Origin: Vicugna vicugna
Lineage: Eukaryota
Direction: 5' to 3'
DNA: 64,000 nt
NCBI GenBank assembly: GCA_013265495.1
Contig: MU057781.1
Span: 312,001 to 376,000, forward strand
Under the pieces are notes generated by a model. It was not told where the DNA came from. It ran no database searches and worked only from the letters and a program-made list of their open reading frames with translations. Shown piece after piece: positions 36,531 through 47,134 of the stretch. Position 1 is the first letter of the stretch; each line of letters starts with the position of its first letter. Made by a program: the position numbers and the translations under genes.

Positions 36531-37301
36531 AGGAGGGCAAGAGAATCTATGCAAGTCTTCAGAACCGTCTTGGCCTTCTGCTCTTCCATGTCTCACAGCG
36601 CTCAGTGACAGGGAAGCAGTGATGGCCCAAATGAAAAGAAGACAACATTCCAGAGAAAGGCTCAAGCGGAAACTGAGTCGTGAAAAACAGCCACTGAAGG
36701 AAGCCACACTGAAGGAAGGAGGAGCTGAGGCATAAGCCAGATAGAGCTGAAGAAGGAGCATCGAGTGGGTCGGATGCAGCTGGGGGATGACGAAGGATGG
36801 CACGCAGAGAGAGGGGAGGCGGGAAAGCTGAAGTTAACACACACTTGTCAGGGTAGGATGGGTGAGCCCCACCCAGCGGGCCTCCCAACAGGTGGACGAG
36901 AGACAGAACGCAGGGGGGCTCGGCGCCCAGCTGCGGGCAGAGCGTCTCATCACGCTCCGGTCACGGATTCTTCTTGTGTGAAGTGCTTCGTAATGAAAGA
37001 AACAGTCACAGCTTTCAGGAGACAGTCAACTCGAGTTACCTGCACCAGGTGTTGGCACCTCGCCCGAGTCCGTGTCCCTTGTGAGTGCATCCTCCCTCAG
37101 AGCCAATGAGGGCCCTGGGGTGGAAGGGGTACTCAGCTCCCACAGCCCAGGAGGAGGGGAGGGGGTTCCCCGGCTGCCAGTGCCCTTCGAAGCCCTTATC
37201 CCAATCTTCACCCCATCCTGCTCCAAGGCAGCCTATCCCCCCCAGACTCTGGGCACAAAGGTACGACACTCCCTGGAAGTGTGGGGAAGAATTGCCCAGG
37301 G

Positions 37302-37408
37302 CCTGCACCTGGGGGCTGCACCTGGGGGGCCTGCACCTGGGGACCTGCACCTGGGGGGCCTGCACCTGGGGACCTGCACCTTGGGTCCTGCACCTGGGGG
37401 GCCTGCAC
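37302..37408. repeat. Minisatellite, 14-15 bp unit CCTGCACCTGGGG(G/A/GG), about 7.5 copies
   Basis: Directly visible tandem array. Confidence 0.95.
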
Positions 37409-38002
37409 AGTCGGCTTGGCACTGGGCCAGGCCAGCTTCCCAATCCCACACCTGATGCCAGCAATGTACTTAAGCTCTCCAAGCATCTCCATCCTCCTCT
37501 AAAAATAGGAAAAGACCAGGATGAGTGACTGAAGAGAGGGCGAGGGGTGGGGAGAGGAAAGAAGGAGACAACGAACCCACAGGAGTGGCTGGCGGGGAGT
37601 CTGGCCCACAGCAAGCACTGGGCATCAGCAGAAAGGAGCAAACATGAAGAGAGTGAGGCCGCCCCCGGGGTCATGGGGGTGCACTCCTGCTCTGCAGACT
37701 ACTGGGCTTGGCCTTCTGCACAGACCGAACAGGTTTCCACATCTAAGTGAGCGGACTGCTCTATTTTTAAATCGAAACATAATTTTTAAATATTGCTACA
37801 CCCATAATTAAAACTTTAATGTACAGATAAAGTTTAGATTTTTTTTCTTCTTTAAAGATGAAAAAATCCGCTTTCTAATTGCAGAATCTGTGTATCGTGC
37901 CAACTCCACCCAGCCTCCGGGTCTGACTGTACAGTGCATCTCCCTGTGCCAAGCGGAGGCAGGGCCACCAGCACCAGTACCCCTTTCCCTGCTGAGCACC
38001 AT

Positions 38003-38020
38003 CGGTTGCCATGGCAACCG
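38003..38020. promoter_or_regulatory. Perfect palindromic RFX X-box
   Basis: CGGTTGCCATGGCAACCG is an 18-bp palindrome containing the consensus GTTGCCATGGCAAC. Confidence 0.7.
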
Positions 38021-40459
38021 GCAGCGGCAGCCTGCACCAGCGGAGCTGGGCTCTCTCCATGGTGCCCACTGGGTCCCAATCCCACCTCTTTCCTCTCCAA
38101 AGAGCTCTGCCTTGGGCACGAGGGCCTCCTGGGAGGGTGGGCAGCCCCTTCTTGGTTGCCACAACATGCCTCTGGGTCCCATGAGATGGGGGCAGGGGAC
38201 AGTCTGGACTGTGGCTCAAGTCTTGGATTTGAGGGCAGCATCTGGGGCCCGAGCCAAGGGTCTGAGGATGGACCATGAGTCCTCCCCGCTCCCTGCAGCC
38301 TCTGTTCCTCAGCTGTCTGCCCGCCGCACCAGCCACAAACCCTGCTGGAGAGGCCCGCCTTCTCCCAGACTCTGCCCATCCCTATTGGAATAAGGCAGAA
38401 TTTTCTTTTTGATTCTTGTAGTTGAAGGGCCAGATTTTGGAGTGCGACTTAATGACAAGAAGCACCGGTCAGGAGCCTTCAGGTACACGGAGATTTCAAG
38501 GAATTTCTTGTTTCGCCAACATTGTCCTTTCTCGTGTGTTCTCCCTAGGGGAACCCCCCGGGGGCCAGGGGTCTGGGCGCTGTGAGCCGCTTGTGTGCGT
38601 GCGAGGCCGCGAGCCTCCCGGGAAGGTGGGCCCTGGCCCCACACGGACTGTGTGCTGTTCGTCTGCTCCGTGAGCCCAGGTGGCTGGCCCACCTGGTGAC
38701 AGCTCCGCGTGCACAGACACACACGCACCCAGAGAGCTCCCAGTTCCCCTGATGACGGAGAAGGGAGATCAGCGCGTTTCCCTGGAATGCGCCTGGACTC
38801 GTGAGGCTTACAGGGGAGGGGGGTCTGCCACGAGCCCACAGCCGCTCTGCCGGGAGGCAGCAGGGCAGAATCAAACCCACCGGCTCTGTCCCACCGGAGG
38901 GCCACGGGGGTCACCGCTCCCCCGTGCGGCCTCCCCCAAGCCCATGACATGGCGCAGGCAAGGGGCCCTGCACCCGGGACCAGGGCCCCAGAGCCGCTCA
39001 GCGCCCAGGCTTCGCCTCACCCTGACTCCGGCCCCGGAAGCTGTGGCTTTTCTCCCACTCAGACTTGCCTTCTCGTATCTGCCTTGCAAAGACGTGCTGT
39101 TTCAGGAGTGTGTTTTTGTTGACTCATCCTGTACAAATAACAATTTCACGAGTCCATCAACGGCTCCCTCGCTCTTGAGAACAGAAGGCAGCACCTTGAG
39201 GGGGGCGACAGCCAACAGCGGAGCAGCTGCCCTGCGCCCCCCGGTCAGCACCGGGGCCTCCAACGCCGCTGCGATTAAAGGCACGAGCGAAGGGGAGAAG
39301 CTTCCAGCTCCCTGCAGGTCAGGGCGTCAAACACGCCCCAGCAAAGGAGGCCAAACTGGGCTCGACTTGGCACAAGCATCGCGGGCAGCGCTGGGGCAGA
39401 GGGTGGGTTTACAGAGCCGCCTGCGGCAGCACCTGCGGGGATCGGTCACTCCCGACAGCGTCCGCTCCGCTGGTTCAAGTACTGGATGTCAGGCCGCTCA
39501 CGTGTTGTGAGGACACAGGGAACAGGCTCAAGGTCAGAGCCAACTGGGAGCCGCCCAAGGCCACACGCAGAGCGGCCTGGGAGGAAACCCCACCGCCCCT
39601 ACTGGCCCCAAAAGCCAAAGACAGGCTCTCCGGCCCCAGCATGGCCACCGGCACCCTCAGTGCCCCTCAGGTCAGCAGCTGGACCTCACTGTCCTCAGGA
39701 GTGACCACAGCCGCACTGCCACCAGCAAAATCCAGACATCTCGGCGGCTACCTTGGCCACCGAAAGATTTCTCCCCAGCAGAGCTCTCTGGTGGGCGGAG
39801 GGATGTGGGTCTTGGCACTGCCTATGGGGACCACCTTCAGCACAGAGAACCTCTTTGGAGGACGGGAGGCCATGGCCCGACAGACGGGCACCGGCTCCGT
39901 GGGAAGCAACCATCCTCTCTGCGCAGGTGCGCTGCCCCGCGCCCCTCGGGTGAGACTCACAAGAAGGCCCGGGCTTCAGCCCTGCCTCCTCTGCTCACCC
40001 CAGCCACAGCCGACCCAGCTCCCCAGAGGCTCTCTGTGCCTGTCCACCTGCTCAGCCCATCCAAAGTGCCCCCCGCCTCATCCCACTGTTTCCTCAAGCC
40101 CCGTCCTCCACCTGGAGTCCCCAGATCACAGGAACCACAAAGTTCCCCCACGCAGGTGACTCGGGAGCACTCTGGCGTCAGGGGAGGTGGAGCCTTACTC
40201 CCCACCCACTCCCACCCCTGCAGGACTCCTGGCTCCTGAGGGTTCCTCTCCACTGCCCACCGCACTCCCACGGAGACACACCCAGACGAAGCGTCGGCAA
40301 ACACATGGGACAAAGCTGATGTCACACCAGCCGGTGGCGGCTGTGAGACCCTGGCGGGGTCTGCTCCTGTCCACGGCTCAGGACACCTGGGCTTCCCTCA
40401 TCCAACCAGCACACCGTCCAGCACTTGCCAGCCAGGCTCCCAGTGGGCGCACCGGGGTG

Positions 40460-40740
40460 ATGTGGTGCCCTGAGGAGCAGGCACACTGTCACCTAGGCTG
40501 CCGGGCAGGGTGCCAGGACAGCGAGGCCCTACCAGCGCCACAGCCAGACCCCAGGGACTTGGAAGGGACCATCCAGGAATAAATACCCAGCACACTGTCC
40601 CCTCGCCTCCAGCGGCCCACCTGGGCTCCCCATTGGCCAAACCCTGCTAGAGGCCAGAGGACGAGGAGGCCACGGACACAGCCCGTGAGGCCCTGCCCCC
40701 TGGGCCCCGGCAGCGACAGCACGTGGAGGGGCGGGGGAGG
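40460..40740 (-). mobile_element. LTR33-like fragment
   Basis: CTCCCCATTGGCCAAACCCTGCTAGAGGCCAGAGGACGAGGAGGCC resembles the motif at about 6670-6715. Confidence 0.4.
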
Positions 40741-40814
40741 CAGGCAGCTCACAGGTGTCCCTCCGCGCTTGGTGCACAAACGCCTGGGCCCCCTCCCCCG
40801 GGAGCTGGGACTCA

Positions 40815-43800
40815 CTTCTTTAACTTGCTGTGTTGTTTTGGGTGTTCATACATGCTGCGGCCTTCATTCCTTTTAACGGCTGCATAGTACCCAATTGTAC
40901 AGCGAGACCACATTTCTTACACATTCGTGGTGGACATTCGGGCTGTTTCCACCTGTCACCCACTGTGGATAGTGTTGCTCTGTGTATCTGCACACAGTGG
41001 TTGCCTGAGGGCCTATTTTGGGTCTTCTGGATAGTGCCTGGGGTGGAACTGCTGAGTCACACGCTAATGCTCTGTTCAGCTGTCTGTTTTCCAGGGTTCA
41101 AACGCCCACACAGTCTCACTGAGACGCCATCATTTTTCTTCTTTTTAGTTGCCATCCGAGTTGCGTCCTCCTGCGGCCTCACGCTCCACCACCCTGATGA
41201 CTAGAGATGCTGGGCCCGTGCAAGGGCGTGTCGGCACACGCTCTCTGGGGAAAGGTCTGTGCGAGTCCTTTGCCTGCTTTACAACTGGGCTGGGCGTTCC
41301 TGTCGTTGAATAGTAAACGTCCCTTACATGTTCTGGATGCTAGACTTACAAAATGTACCAATAATTATTTCAGCTCTGTAGGTCATCTTGTCAGTCTCTT
41401 GGTGTGGCCCTTAGGGCACACAGATTGTTAGTGTTGAGGAAATCCAGCTCATCAATCGGCTCTTGGTTGCTTCTGTATTTGGTGTCATATGAAGAATCCA
41501 TCGCCAAGTCCCAAGTCAGCATGATTTACTCCTAGGTTTTCTTCTGAAAGTGTTATAGTTTTAGCTCTTAAGTTCAGTGTCTGACGCAGTTTGTGTTAGT
41601 TTCCGTGTGCGGCGTTAGGGAGCGGTCAAACGTCACTGCCCTGCACATAGACACCCAGTTGTCCCAACATCGTTTGCTGAGGAGATGACTCCTTCTCCAT
41701 TGAGGTCCTGGTATCTCTCAAAACTAGTTTTCTACACGTTTATGGGCTCACTTCTGGATTCTCAACTCTATTCCAGTGGTTTGTGTATCTATAAGTGTAG
41801 TGGTACCACCCTGTTTTAATTACTGTAGCTTTATGGTTAAGTTCTGAAATCAGGAGGTGTAAGTCCTCTGATTTTTTCTTCCTTTTTCAAGACATTTTTG
41901 GCCCTTTCAATTCCATATGAATTTTAAAATTGGCTCTTCCATTTCTGCCAAAAAAAAGACCATTGGGAGAGTGATGGGAATTGCACTGACTCTGTAGATA
42001 GCATTGGGCAGTGTTTACCTCTAAGCAATACTATGTCTCTTGACTCGTGGACATGGGACTTCTTCACATTTATTTATACTATCTTTAATGAATTCCATCA
42101 ATATTTTGTAGTTTACAAAATACAAAATACTGTATTTCCAATTTCAAAATACTGTAAAGGAGAAAGGAGTTTTCTCTTTTTGGTTAAGTTTATTCCCAAG
42201 ATTTTATTCTTTTTGATGCTATTGTAAATAGAATTGTATTCTTAATTTGATCTTAATATAATTATAGTGTCTTTCATATGGGTCTCTTGGAGTTTATCCT
42301 ACTTGGAGACAGTTGAGTCTCTTGGATTTGTACATTCATGTCTTTCATCAAATTTAGAAATTCTGGGCCATAATTTTTTCAAAATAATCTCTCTGCCCTT
42401 TTATCTGCCTCTTCTCTTTCTGTAATGTGTGTATTGGTTAGCTTATGGTGCCCCATGAATCCTTAGGATCTGTCCACTTTTTTTCTTTGTTTATTCTTTC
42501 TTCTCCTCAGACTCAGTAATTTCAGCTGTCCTGTCTCCAAGTTATCTGATTGTTTTTTCTGCATGTTCAATCTGCTGCTGAGCCCCTTTAGTGATTTTTC
42601 ATTTCAATTACTGTGTTTTTCAGCTCTCGAATTTCATTTCAGCTCTGTAAGTTCTTTTTATCACTTCTATCTCTATTGATATTTTCTGTTGAGATATAAT
42701 TCTCCTAGTTTCTTTTAGTTCTTTGAGCATATTGAATACTTTATGCTAAAACTGACTTAAAGTCTTTCTCCAACCTAAGTCTATTGCCTGTGCTTTCCCA
42801 GAAACAATTATTGTTCATTTTTTTCCTGAGAATACACCAAATTTTCTTGATTCTTTGCATTTCTTGGAATTTTTTCTTGAAAACTGGACACTTTGAATAT
42901 TATGATGTGGTAACTCTGGAAATTGGATTATCCCCTCTCTTAATGATTAGTTGTTACTTCCTGTACATTGTGGTCACATGTTCGTTTAGTACCTTTTCTA
43001 AACTATTGTTTAAAGACTATATTCTCTGCCGGGTGTGATCCCTAAAGTCTCTGTTCTTTTAGCTTATGATCAGCTATTTTTTGACAGAGATTTCCTTGAA
43101 TACCTGGAGAACTCCCCTCAAAAGAAAAGGAAAAGGGTGAGACAAAGAAAACTGAAAGGAAAAGAAAGGGAAAGGAATGGGAAAAAATGAGAATAGAAAG
43201 GAAAGGAAGAGCAAAGCAGAGAAGAAAAGAGGGAGGTGCCCCCCCCACTGGCTCTGTGGAGCAGTGCTCCTTCCATCCCCAGCCGGTCCTCTGACAGCTC
43301 ACTTAGCCTTCACATCCTGCTCACACTGAGCCTAAAGATCAGCTGGTGGTGAAACTTCAGGGTCTTCTCAGGTCTTTTCTGAGTATACATCCTGCACTGG
43401 GCATACATGTGGCATCCTAGACTCCCCATTTCGTGCAGGAGCTTTTCAAAACCCCTAATTGCCAAAGTAACTCTCCAGCTTTTCAAAACATCCAGGGTTT
43501 TGGCTTATCTGTGGTTTGACCCAGGTGTTGGAAGTTCTTCATTTGACTCTCAATGTTTCCAAGGAATACTCTCCACTACCCACTTTTCCATGTTGAGATG
43601 GTTCCAAGTTAGGCAAAACAAAGGCCCAGCCTGGCCCCTTCATGGAGCCCCCAGGTGTGTCAAAACAGACAACCACAATGCCTTGGAAACAAGAGCCGCT
43701 CTGCTCCCTGCAGAGTCAGGGGCCCCCATTGGCAATGTGGCCGCCATCGGCGAGGCTGGCGCTGCACTGCGGGAGGCAGGGGAGGTGGTGCTGAATTTAA

Positions 43801-44030
43801 AGACCAACATGACCTCCTGCTGTGTTTAATTCACCTTTTCCTTGCTTGAGCCTTCACCTAGTTGCCTAAACCTTGGACTATTTCCCAGAGTCCTGACAAA
43901 GTTCTTATTCCAACAGTTTTATCCTCACTCTCTTTCCTTTTTCTTTTTTCTTTTTTTTTTTTTTTGTTGTTTTTGTGGAGCGACTGCCCTTGGAACTCCC
44001 CACTTCACAATTATTTTTGCTGACCCACCT
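40815..44030 (-). mobile_element. L1MB-like element: 3'UTR/ORF2 end joined to ORF1 and 5'UTR-like sequence
   Basis: 40815-42250 has 3'UTR and ORF2 antisense motifs (TTCATTCCTTTTAACGGCTGCATAGTA; TTCCATATGAATTTTAAAATTGG). 42260-43100 is ORF1-like antisense (TCTTTCATCAAATTTAGAAATT). 43240-44030 resembles an old L1 5' end. Confidence 0.75.
43119..43235. repeat. Purine-rich (GAAA/GGAAA) low-complexity tract
   Basis: Almost entirely A/G on the + strand. Confidence 0.85.
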
Positions 44031-47000
44031 CCCCAGTGTTCTCCTCAACTACAAGCTGCTCTTTAAAACTTCTCTAACTGAGATCCTAAGAAGGGTCAGG
44101 TCATGTTTCCGGCCATGATGGTAAACCCTCACACTCAATAACCCCTTTCTCCCATCTTAGAGACCATGAGTTTGAGGCTTACCAGCATCTCTGTGGCCCA
44201 ACACTGCAGAGCCACTGAGCAGCGGAGAGAGGGTTTAAAGGCAGATCAACCCTCTGGATCCAGACCCCACCCCTCGGGCACCGAGCTTCGTGATGCTGAA
44301 GTCTAGGAGCTGCCCAGGGCCCACACTCTCCCTCCCTCCTGCTCCTCCCACTCAAGACCCTCCCTTCTGAAAGCTGGGGGCACAGGCACGCCCCAGAGCC
44401 AGGGCAGGGGCAGCTCCACAGTTCTGATCAATCCAGGTCAGCTAGGTTTTCTGCTGGTATTTGAAAACCTAACACCCAGGGAGTTTGCTGTGCTACAGCA
44501 CCAAGCCTGGACAATTTTGAAAGTTGACGTGTTAATTCTTTGCAGCTTTTTTTTTCAATTTAGTTGTGAAACATTATGTTTCTCTTAAGGAATCCAACAG
44601 TTGGTGTTTATCTTCCATCACTTATCACAAGTGTGATTTGAAAAACAAACCGATTTTCCAGCTGCTCAGTGATTAAAATGTTTGACAATTTATGTCTTCA
44701 TGTTTGATTTGTGGTCCAGGAGTGAGAAGTGCAATAAACCACACGTCCTTTCATGTTACCCAGCTGAGCGGACGTCCTCCGTGGCCTTCATAAAAACACG
44801 TCTCCTGGAGCGATTCAGTGTGCGGCTGGGACGGCCCTTTAACTGAGTTAAGTTACAACTCCTCTTAAGCCACTTAAACTGTGGCACTGAATTGGGAAGC
44901 CTGTGTTCCTGGGATGAAGTGTGTTCTGTTCTACAGTTTTTCCTTGTTGCGCTCCGAGGCCTGACCCGCACGTGATGAGCAGGGAGAACGTGCAGTTTGG
45001 GGAGGAGGCATTTGGACAGGCCTGGGGGTGGGTGTGCAGAAATTCTCCACGGTTCTCATTCTTTTTCGCTTTGATATTTGTGTTGTTTTAGAATCACAGG
45101 GTATCACGAAGTAAAAGAAGAGGTGACTGACGGGGAGAGGTGAGCAGGGGTCCCCAGTCACGCACGTCTGGCCGCGGGTGGACAGGAGCGGGCTCCGGAG
45201 GTGCGCGCAGCACCCCGTCTTGGCAGGTGAGCCATCCGGACCTGAGGAAGGCTAGCTTGCTATTCAAGAGCAGCGCGTCTGATGAAGCCTTCTGTGCCTC
45301 TTGCTCCCCTGTTGTGACAAAGCCCAATCAGGATGCAAACACTTCACCCAGTCAGTGAAACCCATGCTCCTAAATGCGCGATTCCTTACAGTGGGGCTCG
45401 CCGAGTGGCCTCCTTACCCGAGTGGGTCAGCGGTGCTGATGGCCCGGCCCGGGGGAAGGTCCAGTGTAGCCAAAGGACAGACCCTCAAGCCAAGCAGGGA
45501 CACAGCTCCCAAGCAGACGTCAGGAGTAAGAAAAAGGGGGGTGGGAGGACACCACGGACACCCCCCCTCAACAACGGGAGTGTCCAGGAGCTTAGAAAAG
45601 ACACAGCAGGTAAACCTGAGGCTGAGTGTGGGAAGTCTGCACACCTGAGCTGCCTGGGGAGTCCGAAGGCAGCACCGTTGCCCAGGCGCCCAGGGGAACC
45701 TGCCGGCAGGAGCTCGGTGGCTGGGACTCCAGGGATGCTCGGGGGACTGAGAACTTCCAGCAACCTCCCAGCTCTTCTCGGGGGCTCAGCTGGACACCAT
45801 GTGTGCAGAAGCCCAGCCAGGGAAGCAGCATGGGACTGCCATGGACCGCCACTCCTGCATGCAGGACCCTTCAGACACGGGCACCCCCAGGCTTCCAGTT
45901 GCCATCCCACGCTGAGGAGCACGGCTCACGGCGCTGGTATCTAGGGCCCCCCTTCTGCAACCAGCCTGCCGGTCCAGAGGGCAGGCCATCAAGTGAACCC
46001 AGGTCTTGGGGTCCCCCTCCCTGGTGCCGCTTGCTCATTCTCCTGTGAGTCTGTAGCCTAACCATGTGGGGGTGCTTGACCCCATCTCATTGCAAAGTGG
46101 TGGCATCCCCATGGTTGCCAGCTGCAGGCTTTGAAGGACTCACGCTTGGCCTCAGGCAGGATGAGTGACTGTCCTCAGGCCTCTGTCCCTCCTAGAACCC
46201 ACATCCCTGAGCTCGTTTGCAGGGTCAACTGGCGAGTTACTAAATCAGACTTTGACCTAGAATTGTTCTCGGCAGTTTCTCGGGTCTGAGGAGCAGACAG
46301 GTGCCGAGGACAACACAAAGCAGAGGAGTGAGGGAGCGGGACCCGGGCACCCTCTCTCTCCACGCCCCCAGGGCTGTGGTGGCATCGGAACCGTCCTCAC
46401 GCAAAGGCTCACATCCCCGCCTCCACACCCACCCTGGGAAGCAGCCCCACTAATGTGCGGACCTGGTACCCAACTATATTGCAATGAAGGAAATAACGCC
46501 CCCCTCAGGCAGCTCCCCCATTATAGAGCCTTTATGCCCAAATCAGTTAAAGTTTACTTTTCAGTGATGTACGTTGCTTTCTCATGTGACGCTTCTGACT
46601 AGAAATATGTATCTCGTTTTATTTTATGTTATTCAATTGGCCCAAACACAAAGGCATTTTTCTTAAATACTGAATGCTCATATACCTTTTTAATTAAAGC
46701 TTAAAAAGCTCTTAATTAAAGCCATAAATCACAGGCAGCAATTTCTACCTTAATCGTCTCGGAGGCCTCGATGTTTCCTCTTCTGTTTGCACAGTGACCT
46801 GCGCGGCCACTGAGGGGTGAGCCTGACCGTCACACTTAATTGATTACAAGGAGCAAGAGCAGTGGGTGGGTGGGTGGGGGTCCCCCTCTCCCTGCTGCGT
46901 TTCTGCCACGAGCCGGGTGCGGGGTGGTTAATGGGAGGCGTGCAAGCTGTCACACCCGTCCCGCCCACCCTCACGACCTCCCTGGTCCCTCCGCTGCTGG

Positions 47001-47134
47001 GACAGGACAGCACTCCAGGTTGGCTCACTTCCGGGAAGGCGGGCCAGCTTTAGTGGAAGGTTTGCGTGTCGGAAAGAACTGGCCATTGATCAATATCCCG
47101 AGGCCGTCACAAACGGCTCTCACTAATGCTCACT

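Noticed and set aside
37302..37408. CRISPR-like array
   Set aside because: Tandem units without unique spacers, in mammalian DNA.
38680..39510. 276-aa ORF
   Set aside because: No recognisable domain; Pro/Gly/Ala/Arg-rich composition expected by chance in GC-rich DNA.
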